Source: Armatimonadota bacterium
GTDB lineage: Bacteria; Armatimonadota; UBA10988
NCBI GenBank assembly: GCA_016235455.1
Contig: JACRKZ010000093.1
Span: 1 to 64,000, forward strand
Length of the DNA stretch: 64,000 nt
Direction: 5' to 3'
The position numbers and the translations under genes are program-made. Positions 21,120 to 35,106 of the stretch are shown here, piece by piece. Positions within the stretch are counted from its first letter, which is position 1. The number at the start of each line of letters is the position of its first letter. The notes beneath the pieces are model-generated. The model searched no databases. It saw only the letters and a program-made list of their open reading frames with translations, and was not told where the DNA came from.

Positions 21120-22388
21120 TCAGGCAGGCAGGCTGTAGCCGGCGGCATACGACGGTCGGGCCAGCAGTTTGTCGGCGTCCGGCGCGTCCACGAAGCGGCC
21201 CGCGGCCGGGTCGAAACGCAAGGCCCGGCCGAGTTTCAGGCTGATGCCGGCCAGCGCAATGTACTGCGCGGTGCGCACACCCGCCAGCAGCGGGCAGTTC
21301 ACGTCGGCCGGCGCGTTGGCGCGCACGGCCGCAGCGAAGTTGGCGACCACGTCGCTGCCGCCCGCGCCGGGCAGCTTGACCTGGGGCAGGCCTTCGGGCG
21401 CCTTGCCTTTGCCATCGTAGTCCAGGTGCGGCTCGAAGCCGTCGGCCTCGGTCAGCCAGCCGGTGGCGCCGTAGGCCATCGCGCCCACGCGCAGGCCGAC
21501 CTCGTCCGGGCTGGGCAGCCCACGCACCTCGACAGCCAACGACCGCTTGTCGGCCAGGGTGAAGACCGCGTGTTGCACGTTGGGCGTGTCGCCCGGCACA
21601 TCCTTGCCGAAGCGGCCGCCCGAGCTGTGCACGGCGATGGGCAGATCGGCGCCGCCGAGCAGCCAACGGGCGCTGTCGAGCGGGTCGAGCGCGCCGTCGC
21701 CCAGTTCGCCGTGCCCAAGCGCGCCGTAATGAGTCCAGCCACCGCTCAGCAGGCCGATGTTGAAGGCCAGCTTGCCCACGGGCCCTTGCCACTGGGGCCA
21801 GTGCAAAGTCTTGGGTGGGGCCGCGTCGCGGGTCGCCACCGTCGGCACATACGGCCGGTAGCAGATGGCGCGGGCGGTATGCACGGCGCCGACCACACGG
21901 CTCTGGGCGCGCACCACGCCGCCGCGCACGGCCGCCGCGGTGCGGTTGTCGTGGCCAACGGCCACGATGCGGCCCGAGGCTTTGGCCGCTTCCAGCAGGC
22001 GTTCGCCCTCGGCGAAGGACCAACACACCGGCGGCTCGACCAGCACGTCCTTGCCCGCGCGCAGGGCCATCAGCGTGGCCAGCGCGGTCCAGTGGGTGGG
22101 GACGGCAATGATCACGGCCTTGACGGTCGGATCAGCCAGGAGTCGGTGCAGGTCAGCCTGCGGCTTGATGCCGGCGGGTGCCGTGGCCCAGGTCGTCTCG
22201 TCGACGTCGCAGGCAGCCACGAGTCGGGCATCGGCACAGGCTGCGAGTTGGGCCAGGCGCTGCAGGCCGCGGCGACCCAGGCCAACCAGACCGACACCCA
22301 GCGGCGCCGCCTGGGCCCGAGCCGCGGCGGTGGCGGCGGCCAGCACGGCCGCCTGTCCCGCGCCGCGCAGGGTAAGCGAATCACTCAT
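21120..22388 (-). CDS. Gfo/Idh/MocA paralog with degenerate catalytic motifs
   Basis: VGLGRRG, AVPTHW, VEPP (not EKP), DGALDPLD (no His); collinear with the neighbouring paralog. Confidence 0.85.
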   Translation of the reverse strand: MSDSLTLRGAGQAAVLAAATAAARAQAAPLGVGLVGLGRRGLQRLAQLAACADARLVAACDVDETTWATAPAGIKPQADLHRLLADPTVKAVIIAVPTHWTALATLMALRAGKDVLVEPPVCWSFAEGERLLEAAKASGRIVAVGHDNRTAAAVRGGVVRAQSRVVGAVHTARAICYRPYVPTVATRDAAPPKTLHWPQWQGPVGKLAFNIGLLSGGWTHYGALGHGELGDGALDPLDSARWLLGGADLPIAVHSSGGRFGKDVPGDTPNVQHAVFTLADKRSLAVEVRGLPSPDEVGLRVGAMAYGATGWLTEADGFEPHLDYDGKGKAPEGLPQVKLPGAGGSDVVANFAAAVRANAPADVNCPLLAGVRTAQYIALAGISLKLGRALRFDPAAGRFVDAPDADKLLARPSYAAGYSLPA

Positions 22389-22441
22389 GGGGCTTCCTCA
22401 CTGGCCTGGAGGTTGGCCGGTGACGCCCCGAATCCTTCTGG

Positions 22442-22825
22442 TCAGGCCAGTTCGTCGGACAGCAGGCGGCCTACGAGCTCGATCAGGTGCTGCGGCTCAT
22501 AGGGCTTGGTAAGGTAGATGTCCGCGCCGCGGATGAGCCCCTCGCGTTCGTCGCTGTCCTGACCAAGCGCGGTCAGCATGATCACGGGCGTGTCGCGGAG
22601 TTCCGGGTCCTCACGAATGCAGGTCAGCACGTCCCACCCGCTCAGCTCGGGCATCATGACATCCAGGACCACCAGATCGGGCCGGTGGGCCTCGATGGCT
22701 TCGATGGCTTCGCGTCCGTCATACGCCTCGATGACCTCATAGCCGGCGTATTCGAGATTGTGCCGGATGGCCAGCACAATCAGCTTCTCGTCATCGACGG
22801 CCAGCACTCGTTTTTTGCCCGCCAT
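22442..22825 (-). CDS. Single-domain response regulator (REC only)
   Basis: VLAVDDE, LDVMMP, MLTA, TKP; no output domain. Confidence 0.92.
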   Translation of the reverse strand: MAGKKRVLAVDDEKLIVLAIRHNLEYAGYEVIEAYDGREAIEAIEAHRPDLVVLDVMMPELSGWDVLTCIREDPELRDTPVIMLTALGQDSDEREGLIRGADIYLTKPYEPQHLIELVGRLLSDELA

Positions 22826-22992
22826 GCGCCCCATCCTACGCGTTCATGCTACCACACCACCACCGCCGACGCAACGCGACACTCTCCCGGCCCGTGCGGC
22901 GCGGCGCCGTGCGCCACGCGGTGCGACCGGACGCGGTTAGCCCTCAACCACCGCGCTCGTGCACCGCGCTCGCGTGCGCCGCGAGCGCGCGA

Positions 22993-23021
22993 TTGCCACG
23001 GCGCTGAGCCTCCGCTACAAT
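22993..23021 (+). promoter_or_regulatory. Sigma70-type promoter of dapF
   Basis: TTGCCA-17 bp-TACAAT. Confidence 0.6.
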
Positions 23022-23056
23022 CGTGCCTGCAACCAGGTGGTGGAAAGAGGCAAGGC

Positions 23057-23896
23057 GTGGACTTCGTCAAGCTGCACGGGCTAGGCAACGACTTCCTGAT
23101 GATCGACGCGAGGGATAAGGCCGGCGTCGACTGGGCGGCCCTGGCGCGCTCGGCTTGCCACCGGAACTTCGGTGTTGGCGGTGATGGCTTGCTGCTCCTC
23201 CTGCCCAGCACGACATGCGACTGGCGGTTGCGCATCATCAACAGTGACGGCTCCGAAGCCGAGATGTGCGGCAACGGCATCCGCTGCTTCGCCAAGTGGC
23301 TGCGCGACCGAGGACTGGAGACGCGTGACACCTTCACCGTGGAAACCCTGGCTGGCATCATCACGCCCACCATCGTCGACTACGACGGCGGCGCCACCGC
23401 GCTGGTCGCCGTCGACATGGGTGAGCCACGCCTCGCGCCAGATCAGATACCGTTCGCCGCGGACCCAGGCACCGAGCAGGTGGTCGGCGCGCTGCTGCAG
23501 GTGGACGAGGAGCCGTTTCTGATCACTTGCGTCTCCATGGGCAATCCGCACTGCGTGCTGTTCGTCGACGACCTGGACCAAGTCTCGGTGGAATCCTGGG
23601 GGCCGCAGATCGAACGGCACCCACGCTTCCCGCAGAAGACCAACGTCGAGTTCGTGCAGGTGCACAACCGCCAGGAGATGACCATGCGCGTGTGGGAACG
23701 CGGCGCGGGCCGGACTCTGGCCTGCGGCACGGGCGCGTGTGCCTCGCTGGTCGCGGCCGTGCTCACGGACCGCGCCGATCGCGAGGCTGTGGTGCACCTC
23801 GACGGCGGCGATTTGCGCATTGCCTGGCCGCTGGCCGACAACCGCATCGTGATGACGGGCCCGGCCACCACCGCCTTCTGGGGCTCGCTGGCCTGA
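23057..23896 (+). CDS. dapF: Diaminopimelate epimerase
   Basis: FVKLHGLGNDF, NSDGSEAEMCGNGIRC, SMGNPH, WERGAGRTLACGTGACA; GTG start. Confidence 0.97.
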   Translation: MDFVKLHGLGNDFLMIDARDKAGVDWAALARSACHRNFGVGGDGLLLLLPSTTCDWRLRIINSDGSEAEMCGNGIRCFAKWLRDRGLETRDTFTVETLAGIITPTIVDYDGGATALVAVDMGEPRLAPDQIPFAADPGTEQVVGALLQVDEEPFLITCVSMGNPHCVLFVDDLDQVSVESWGPQIERHPRFPQKTNVEFVQVHNRQEMTMRVWERGAGRTLACGTGACASLVAAVLTDRADREAVVHLDGGDLRIAWPLADNRIVMTGPATTAFWGSLA

Positions 23897-23942
23897 CCAG
23901 GACCACCGGCTCGGGTCGCGCACGTGTCCGAGCCACAACCCA

Positions 23943-24167
23943 CTACGACTCACCCTCCTCCTTGGCCCCCCGCGGGCCGCGCGCGATGAACCGCTTGAGC
24001 CGCCGTTCCAGCTGCGCGCGCGGCAGCCACACCTGATGGCCGCAACCAGCGCACTCTATCTTGAAGTCCGCGCCGCTGCGCATGACCAGCCAGTGGTTGG
24101 CGCCACAGGGATGGGCCTTGCGCAACTCCAACTCGTCGCCAACGTAGATGGGCAGGATGTCAGCCAC
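23943..24167 (-). CDS. DUF951 family protein
   Basis: GDELELRKAHPCG..W..RSGADFKIECAGCGH; GGAGG RBS. Confidence 0.9.
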   Translation of the reverse strand: MADILPIYVGDELELRKAHPCGANHWLVMRSGADFKIECAGCGHQVWLPRAQLERRLKRFIARGPRGAKEEGES

Positions 24168-24254
24168 CAGGCTCGCCTCCGGATCTCAAATCTCGGCAAG
24201 CCGCTCTGTGAGCGGTGTAGCGCATACATTCCGGGAGTATTACGGGAAAGTCGC

Positions 24255-24283
24255 TTGACAGTTAGCGACGCTCTGCCTATACT
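24255..24283 (+). promoter_or_regulatory. rrn promoter P1
   Basis: TTGACA-17 bp-TATACT. Confidence 0.8.
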
Positions 24284-24417
24284 CCGGACCTGTCGCCGGT
24301 GAGGCCGGAGACGGGGGGCGAAGCGAAGCCGCGAGGCGGAGCGAGCCCAGCACCTAGATACCAGAGATCCTGGGAGCAGCGCAAGGGCGGCGAGAGCGGC
24401 CGGAGCTGAAGAAGGGG

Positions 24418-24446
24418 TTGACAGAGAAGACCAACTCAGGTAGACT
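24418..24446 (+). promoter_or_regulatory. rrn promoter P2
   Basis: TTGACA-17 bp-TAGACT. Confidence 0.75.
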
Positions 24447-24490
24447 GAGAAATTGGTCGTCCGCGATACGGGCGATGAACCGGAAGCGGC

Positions 24491-24516
24491 GGTACCTTGA
24501 AAACTGAATAGCGTAC
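24491..24516 (+). other. 5' arm of 16S processing stem / boxA-like element
   Basis: GGTACCTTGAAAACTGAATAGCGTAC pairs with GTACGCTATTCAGTTTTCAGGGTACC at 26122-26147; a similar GTACCTAGACAACTGAATA precedes the 23S. Confidence 0.8.
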
Positions 24517-24527
24517 ATTCCACGACC

Positions 24528-26063
<1,536 letters not shown>

Positions 26064-26175
26064 GGGACACCTGGTACCAGATGAGAGTCTGGCATCAATC
26101 CCAGGTCGAGCGGTTGACAAAGTACGCTATTCAGTTTTCAGGGTACCCCTCGGTAGCCAGGCGGCTTTGCCCGAT

Positions 26176-26249
26176 GGGCTAGTAGCTCAGATGGTTAGAG
26201 CGTCCGGCTGATAACCGGGAGGTCGGTGGTTCGAATCCACCCTGGCCCA
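26176..26249 (+). tRNA. tRNA-Ile(GAT)
   Basis: GGGCTAG acceptor, anticodon arm TCCGG-CTGATAA-CCGGG, GGTTCGAATCC T-arm; CCA not encoded. Confidence 0.96.
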
Positions 26250-26259
26250 TGAGAGTGTC

Positions 26260-26332
26260 GGGGATGTAGCTCAGCTGGGAGAGCAGCTGCTTTGCACGCA
26301 GCAGGTCACCGGTTCGAGCCCGGTCATCTCCA
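26260..26332 (+). tRNA. tRNA-Ala(TGC)
   Basis: GGGGATG..CATCTCC acceptor with G3:U70, anticodon arm GCTGC-TTTGCAC-GCAGC, GGTTCGAG. Confidence 0.96.
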
Positions 26333-26514
26333 ATGATCCGGTCCAGGCAACTGGGCGGGGCCAACAACCAGATTGAGGCAGGAAGTCCGGCACAGCCGGG
26401 CGGAGGGCCCCATAGCCCGCTTGGCGGGCGATGTACCTAGACAACTGAATATGGATAGCGCAAGCTGTAGCCGTGATACCGAGTTTATACAGCCCCTGAC
26501 CTTTGGTTCAGGGG

Positions 26515-29440
<2,926 letters not shown>

Positions 29441-29567
29441 TCCCCTGAACCAAGGGTCACAGGCCTACAGCAGCGTCACCGCAAGCGGTGACGTCAGGCT
29501 CCGCTTCCGCGGAGCCGACCCGCGCGCTATCCAAACACCGCCAGGCTGAGCCTGGTGTGTGCCAAGT

Positions 29568-29686
29568 TTCCGGGTGGCCATAGCGGAGGGGTCACACCTC
29601 TTCCCATTCCGAACAGAGCCGTTAAGCCCTCCTGCGCCGATGGTACTGCACGGGCGACTGTGTGGGAGAGTAGGTCGCTGCCCGGT
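29568..29686 (+). rRNA. rrf: 5S rRNA
   Basis: CCGGGTGGC..CCCATTCCGAAC..GTTAAG..GCCGATGGTACT..GGGAGAGTAGGTCGCTGCCCGG. Confidence 0.97.
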
Positions 29687-31361
29687 TCCTTTCTGCGCGT
29701 AGAGCTTGCTCGGGCGTTCGCTTCAGGCGTTGGAGTGCTGCCCCGCGGCGCGCCGAGCCTCAGGCAGGCCCGCTCCGCGTCGACGGGTACACCGCTAGGC
29801 GGCGTCGGGCCTGCAGGGAGGCCCGCACGCGCAGCAGGCCTCCTCGGTTCTGCGGTGTCCCGCGGGCTGGCCTGACCAGTGAGCACCTGCCTATGAGATA
29901 CGAGGGCTCGGGCGGGCCCTTGCGGGGCGAGCGGGTGCGTGGTGTGGTCGACAACACCGTGTTCGGCGGCGGACAGGCGCCCATCTTGACTGGCTGGGCC
30001 AGGCCTTGAGGATCACCTCGTGTTCCCCGGTTCGCTGCGGAGTACGGAGCGCTGGGTGACCACGGCGCAGACGGCACTGTTTGGGGCTCGTGCATGCACC
30101 GGCTCGGCGGCGATGCTGGACCGAGCCATGTCAACTGCAGAGCGGTAGCCGAGGGCCGGAGCGTCGGCTGTGGCCGCTGGCCGTGACGGCTCATTGCTGG
30201 TGGTGGACGCAAAGGATGGCCGGACGGCGTGTGCGGTGCCTGCGGACCGGTCGCGGCCCACGGAGGCCTATGGGCGGAGCAAGGCGCGGGACACGTGGTC
30301 AGGCGGTCACAGAGCCAAGTCGTCAGCGGCTCGGCGGGGCCCGTCCAGGAGCCATGGCCGCAGAGCGAGTGGCATGGCGCTGCGATTGGCCCGCTTGCCT
30401 GGTTGCTGCCCGTGTCGCGTTGCCGATTGCGGTCGCGAAGAGGACCCTAGCCAGAATGCCAAGTCAGGGGCCAGGTGGACCCGGGTGAGGCCGCGCGCTT
30501 CTACTTATGGGGGCGCATCGACCGGTGCCCAGCCTACGCCGCCGTAGCCCGGCTCCTGGGCAAGCCGTCCGGGTCAGCGCTATCCTGGCCATCAGCAGCG
30601 CAGCACGCCTGTCTGCACGCCCTTGCGCAACACGGGAAGCGACCGCGGCCCCCTGGTCAGCACGCCGAGTCAGGCCTACCAGACTGCGCCGAGCAGCGCG
30701 CGCGGGGCAGGCAGGCCACCGTCTCGCAGTGAGGGTGCCGCGCACGTCGCGCCGCAGCCTCTAGCACCACAAGCTCTTGACGAGCAGTGCCCACAGACGC
30801 TCCCGGGCGTTTCGGCCCACGCTTCGACGATGCATGCTTCAACAGCGCTTGTGCACCTGGCCGGTGTCCAGGCTGGAGGGCAGCTGGAATCAAGCGACAC
30901 ACGCATGAAGGTCGGGCACTCATTGCTGCTCTCCCAGAGCGGCTCCGCCTACGCCAAGTCGCCCCTTCCGCGACAGGAGGCCAACACGGCGCCAGGCGAA
31001 CGGAGCCCGCTGTCCGAGGCCTCGGTGTGCTGCCCTTGCCCTCTCTGCCCGGCGGGCCGCGCTTGCGCTAGATCCGGCCTATGGCGCCCGGTGACCAGGT
31101 CTCCCGCCCGGAGTCTGCGAGCCGAGCTCCTAGCGGGCGACGATGTCGACCTGCCTGGCAGGGCCTGGGCCGCCGACCCGCGAATCATCGCAGCCTATCG
31201 GGACGCAGCCGCACCACACGCGGGCCGTGTGCCCAAGCGCACCGTCGACGTGGCGGTCAGGGACGGGGTGGCGGGCTTCGCCGACGGTCGCGCTCCCGAT
31301 GCCATGGCTGACCCGCTGCATCATACTATCCGCACCATGCCATGGCTGGGGATGCGCTATC

Positions 31362-32813
31362 GTGACCACCAGACCACGCCCCCTGCGGAGCGTCATGCTC
31401 TGTCAGCCCAACTTCGCCTGGTGCGGCCGCCGCACCTGGAACCTGCTGCCCTACGGCCTCGGCCTGCTCAACGCCTGCCTCAAGCAGCGCGGCTACGACT
31501 CATGGCTGCTTGACCCCAACGCCGCCAACCTGAGCGAGGAGGAGGTGCGGGCCGAACTGCGCCGCACGCGGCCTGACGTGGTGGGCATCACGACCTTCTC
31601 AAGCGAATACCTGGACGAGCCGCGCATCATGAGCCGGCTGGTCAAGGAGGAGCTGCCCGAGACGCTGGTCATTCTGGGCGGGGCGCTGCCGACGGTGTGG
31701 CTTGAGGCGATCATCGACGACCCAAACATCGACTACCACGTGACCGCCGAAGGCGAGTACCGCCTGCCGGCCTTGCTCGACGCCCTCAACCGCGGCGATG
31801 CTCCGGCGCTGGCCACCATCGATGGCCTGGCCTCGGCGCACCCGGTGCCCTTCGAGCGGCCGTCGGCCGGCTTCGTCGAGGACCTGGACGCGCTGCCGGT
31901 ACCCGACTACGGCGGGCTGGACCTCGCGGACTACACGGAGTACCGCCACGTGCAGGCGCACACGGTGCTGCCGCGCCAGTGGCCCTATGAGACCACCATC
32001 ACCAGTCGCGGCTGTCCCTATCGCTGCTGCTTCTGCGCCGGCCGCACCGTCAGCGGTGCCCGCGTACGCCTGCGAAGCGCAGCCCATGTGCTGGCCGAGG
32101 TCGACCTGATGCTGGCGCGCGGCACGCGTGAAGTCATCTTCCTCGACGACCACTTCCTGGCCAATCGCGACCGTGCTCTGGCCATCATGGCTGGCATCCA
32201 CGAGCGCGATCCCCAGATGACCTGGAAGTGCGTCAATGTGACGCTTTGGCATCTGGACGAGGAACTGCTGGCGGCGATGCTGGCCAGCGGCTGCAACCAG
32301 ATCACCGTGTCCGTTGAGTCGGGCAACCAGCAGGTGCTGCGCGACATCGTGCACAAGCCCATCCAGTTGCCGACCGTGGCCCCGTTGCTGGCCAGGGCGC
32401 AGGCCATGGGCTTCGAGATCGCCGTCAACTTTGTCCTGGGCTTCCCCGGCGAGACCTGGGAGCAGATCCGCGAGACGGTATGCTTTGCTGAAGCACTGCC
32501 GGCCGACCTGGTGCTGTTCCACATCGCTACACCCATGCCGCGCACCGAGTTGTGGGACGTCTGCCAGCGCGAGGGCTGCCTGGCCGAGGAGGCGTCGTCG
32601 GCGGGGTACACCACGGGCCGCATCTCCACCGACGAGTTCAGCCCGCAGGACCTGCAGATCCTGCGGGCCTACGAGTGGGATCGCATCAACTTCGCCAGCC
32701 CTGAGCGCCGCGCCCGCATTGCGCGCATGTCTGGCTTGACGCTGGACGAGCTCGATCAATGGCGGCGCCGAAGCCGGCGGCAACTCGGCCGCGTGCTGGC
32801 GGGGCAGGCCTGA
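31362..32813 (+). CDS. B12-binding radical SAM protein
   Basis: PYGLGLL, PDVVGIT, ILGG cobalamin-binding domain; TSRGCPYRCCFC; ESGNQQVL; GFPGET. Start uncertain. Confidence 0.92.
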   Translation: MTTRPRPLRSVMLCQPNFAWCGRRTWNLLPYGLGLLNACLKQRGYDSWLLDPNAANLSEEEVRAELRRTRPDVVGITTFSSEYLDEPRIMSRLVKEELPETLVILGGALPTVWLEAIIDDPNIDYHVTAEGEYRLPALLDALNRGDAPALATIDGLASAHPVPFERPSAGFVEDLDALPVPDYGGLDLADYTEYRHVQAHTVLPRQWPYETTITSRGCPYRCCFCAGRTVSGARVRLRSAAHVLAEVDLMLARGTREVIFLDDHFLANRDRALAIMAGIHERDPQMTWKCVNVTLWHLDEELLAAMLASGCNQITVSVESGNQQVLRDIVHKPIQLPTVAPLLARAQAMGFEIAVNFVLGFPGETWEQIRETVCFAEALPADLVLFHIATPMPRTELWDVCQREGCLAEEASSAGYTTGRISTDEFSPQDLQILRAYEWDRINFASPERRARIARMSGLTLDELDQWRRRSRRQLGRVLAGQA

Positions 32814-33049
32814 GCGGACGTAGGTCGATGACCAATCCGGCAAAGATGCGGCGTGCCATGCTGCGCGTCCGGCGCGTCGCGGAAGCTGTCGCCGTCGGTG
32901 TCTGCGCGGTACCGGCGCCACAAGACCACGGGCTCAGCGCGCGCCGCTCGCACGAGCACTGCCTGATGCGCGGCGGCGACCCGGCGGTCATGATGGCGGA
33001 GCCGCATGGGCGGGTCAATGCACCTGATCGGCCTGCGCGTGGTCTGCCT

Positions 33050-33280
33050 GGGCGCCGTGCTCATCGTTGGCAGGCCCAAGCCTTGCGCGCTGCAACATAC
33101 CAGTGAGGCCAGCCGTGGAAGCCTGATCAGTCTGAAGACCGCGGCCACGTTGCGCGACCGGCTGGCGCGCCGGTTTGTCAACTTGTTCAGCTTCGCGATG
33201 AACGACGATGTCGTACACACCGGCTGCGCGCCGGTGGCCGACTGCCTGCCGGCCATGGCGGTCGGCCAGCAGGGGCTAGG
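33050..33280 (+). pseudogene. Probable remnant of the C-terminus of a class I SAM-dependent methyltransferase
   Basis: AVLIVGRP..SLKTAATLRDRLARRFVNLFSFAMNDDVVHTG resembles, from memory, the F-x-N-x-F-x-F-S-M-N-D-E-V-V-H-T-G tail of a glycan-locus methyltransferase family; no N-terminal SAM motif seen. Confidence 0.5.
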
Positions 33281-33287
33281 AGCCGCC

Positions 33288-34514
33288 ATGCCAGACGTGA
33301 TGACGCCCGCCGAGACGATGATCCGGATCGAACGACTGGTGGCCCAGGGCCTGGTGCGCGAGGCTGCGGAGGTCGCCGCCGCCGCGCTCTGGCAGCATGC
33401 CGACCAACCAGACCTGCTGCTGGCCATGGCCGCGCTGAATGAGCACTTGGGCGAGACCGAGTTGGCCCTCGGCGCCTACGAGCGGGCCTGTGCCGTGGCC
33501 GCCGACCGCGTCGACGCTTGGCGCGGGTGGGTCGACGCCCTGACCCATGCTGGGCGTGCCGCCGACGCCGGACCGGGGCTGGCGCGGCTCATGGCGCTGC
33601 AGCCACCGATCTGGCAGCAGGTCACCGTGGAGGTCACCACCTACTGCAACCTGAAGTGCCGCGGCTGCGCGCGCACCATCGACGCGGCGCGCGGCCAGTG
33701 GACCAACCGCCATATGAGCGTCGACTCGTTCCGCCGCATCGTGGAGGCCATCCCGCCCACCGCCGAGATCGTCACCCAGGGCGTGGGCGAGCCGACACTG
33801 CACCCCGACCTGCCCGGCATCATCGCCGTGGCGGCGGGCAGCGGCAAGTTCGGCTGCATCTGCTTCACCACCAACGCGCTGGTGCGCGATGCGGACTACC
33901 ACCAGGAACTGTTCGACCGTGGGCTGAGCCATCTGCTGGTATCCGTGGACTCGCTGGAGCCCGACTTGGCCCAGACCGTGCGGGGCGGCACCAACGCAAG
34001 CGATCTGCGCGAGCGGCTGGCTATTCTGTTGCGGCGCTTCCCCGGCCGGGTGATCGTGGAGATCACCCTGGGTGGCACCAACTTGCATGGGCTGGCCCAG
34101 ACCCTGGCCGACCTGCAGGCGACCGGCGCAGGTCGCGTCAACATCCATCCATTCGACGACATGGGCCTGCCCGACGACTGCCTCAGCCGCGAGCGCAGGG
34201 CCGCCATCGCGCAGGTGGTGCCTGACCTGCGGCGCGCCTTCCCCGGTCTGCATATCGAGTTCCACAATGCCGATCCTTCTCCGGCGGTCTGCCGGCATCC
34301 GCTGTTCGAGCCGGCCATTCGCGTCGACGGCAGCCTGACCCCCTGCTGCCGCATCCTCGACGACGGCGGCTTCAGCTTCGGCAACCTGCTGGAGCAGTCG
34401 TTCGAAGAGGTGTGGTTCGGCACTGCCACCGACCGTTGGCGCCGCGCATTTGAGCAGCGCTCGCCCGACCTCTGCGCGGGCTGCCCGATGTTCCTGCCCC
34501 GCCCGGGCGCCTGA
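33288..34514 (+). CDS. TPR-like + radical SAM + SPASM/twitch protein
   Basis: AGGAG RBS; helical TPR-like N-terminus; CNLKCRGC; GVGEPTLHP; C-terminal CRHP..DGSLTPCC..GNLLEQSFEEVW..CAGC. Confidence 0.9.
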   Translation: MPDVMTPAETMIRIERLVAQGLVREAAEVAAAALWQHADQPDLLLAMAALNEHLGETELALGAYERACAVAADRVDAWRGWVDALTHAGRAADAGPGLARLMALQPPIWQQVTVEVTTYCNLKCRGCARTIDAARGQWTNRHMSVDSFRRIVEAIPPTAEIVTQGVGEPTLHPDLPGIIAVAAGSGKFGCICFTTNALVRDADYHQELFDRGLSHLLVSVDSLEPDLAQTVRGGTNASDLRERLAILLRRFPGRVIVEITLGGTNLHGLAQTLADLQATGAGRVNIHPFDDMGLPDDCLSRERRAAIAQVVPDLRRAFPGLHIEFHNADPSPAVCRHPLFEPAIRVDGSLTPCCRILDDGGFSFGNLLEQSFEEVWFGTATDRWRRAFEQRSPDLCAGCPMFLPRPGA

Positions 34515-35106
34515 GGCGACCTGCCGTGGCCCAGACCAACATTCAGGACCGCCACGCGTAGGCGTCGCGCCGCTGCGACAGTGCGTCGCTCTCATGGGGT
34601 GCAGCGCCTTACTGGGCCGCCCGGCGCTCCGTCACTCGCCAGACTGGCAGCCAGTCACCAACTGCGGTCCAGTTCCTCGTCCGCGGTCTGCGGGATAGTC
34701 AGCACGTGCTCCAGCCCGCCGGCCTCGGCAGGGCCCAGCCCCATGCGCCTGAGTACCAACGGCTCGATTGCCCCGCTGGCTTGCTGCTCCCTGAGCAGCG
34801 CTGGTCATGCTGCTCTCCGGGCTTCGCCTGCCGTTCATGCACTCGCACAGCCCCTGCACGCCACCGCCAACGACGCGCGCTGCGCTGGGATCGTCCATGC
34901 CGGCGCCGCCCACCCCGGCCGAACGGCGCAGATGGATGGAACCACGCCATGCGCCTCGTCTCCCTTGCTTCATCTGCTCACCGTGCGGGGCCAGCGCGCC
35001 TGCGCACCGACGCCGGTGCACCAGACTGACTGATGCCAGACAATCGCCGACGCCGATTGTGCGCGGGCGAAGCGGTCGCTGGCCTGTGTGCCAAGGAGAC
35101 CATGAT

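Noticed and set aside
21109-22026. N-terminal extension of the 744-aa ORF
   Set aside because: Off-frame reading of the upstream paralog; the true start is the Tat-signal ATG at 21108.
22949-22974. 13-bp direct repeat CACCGCGCTCGTG x2 upstream of the dapF promoter
   Set aside because: Only two GC-rich copies; compatible with chance or slippage.
32828-33106. Small ORF as a RiPP precursor for the radical SAM enzymes
   Set aside because: No leader or core pattern, poor codon bias, and it overlaps the probable methyltransferase relic.
34515-35100. Gene or riboswitch in the spacer before the lipoprotein
   Set aside because: Only short protein-like fragments and no recognisable riboswitch consensus; cannot be supported by eye.
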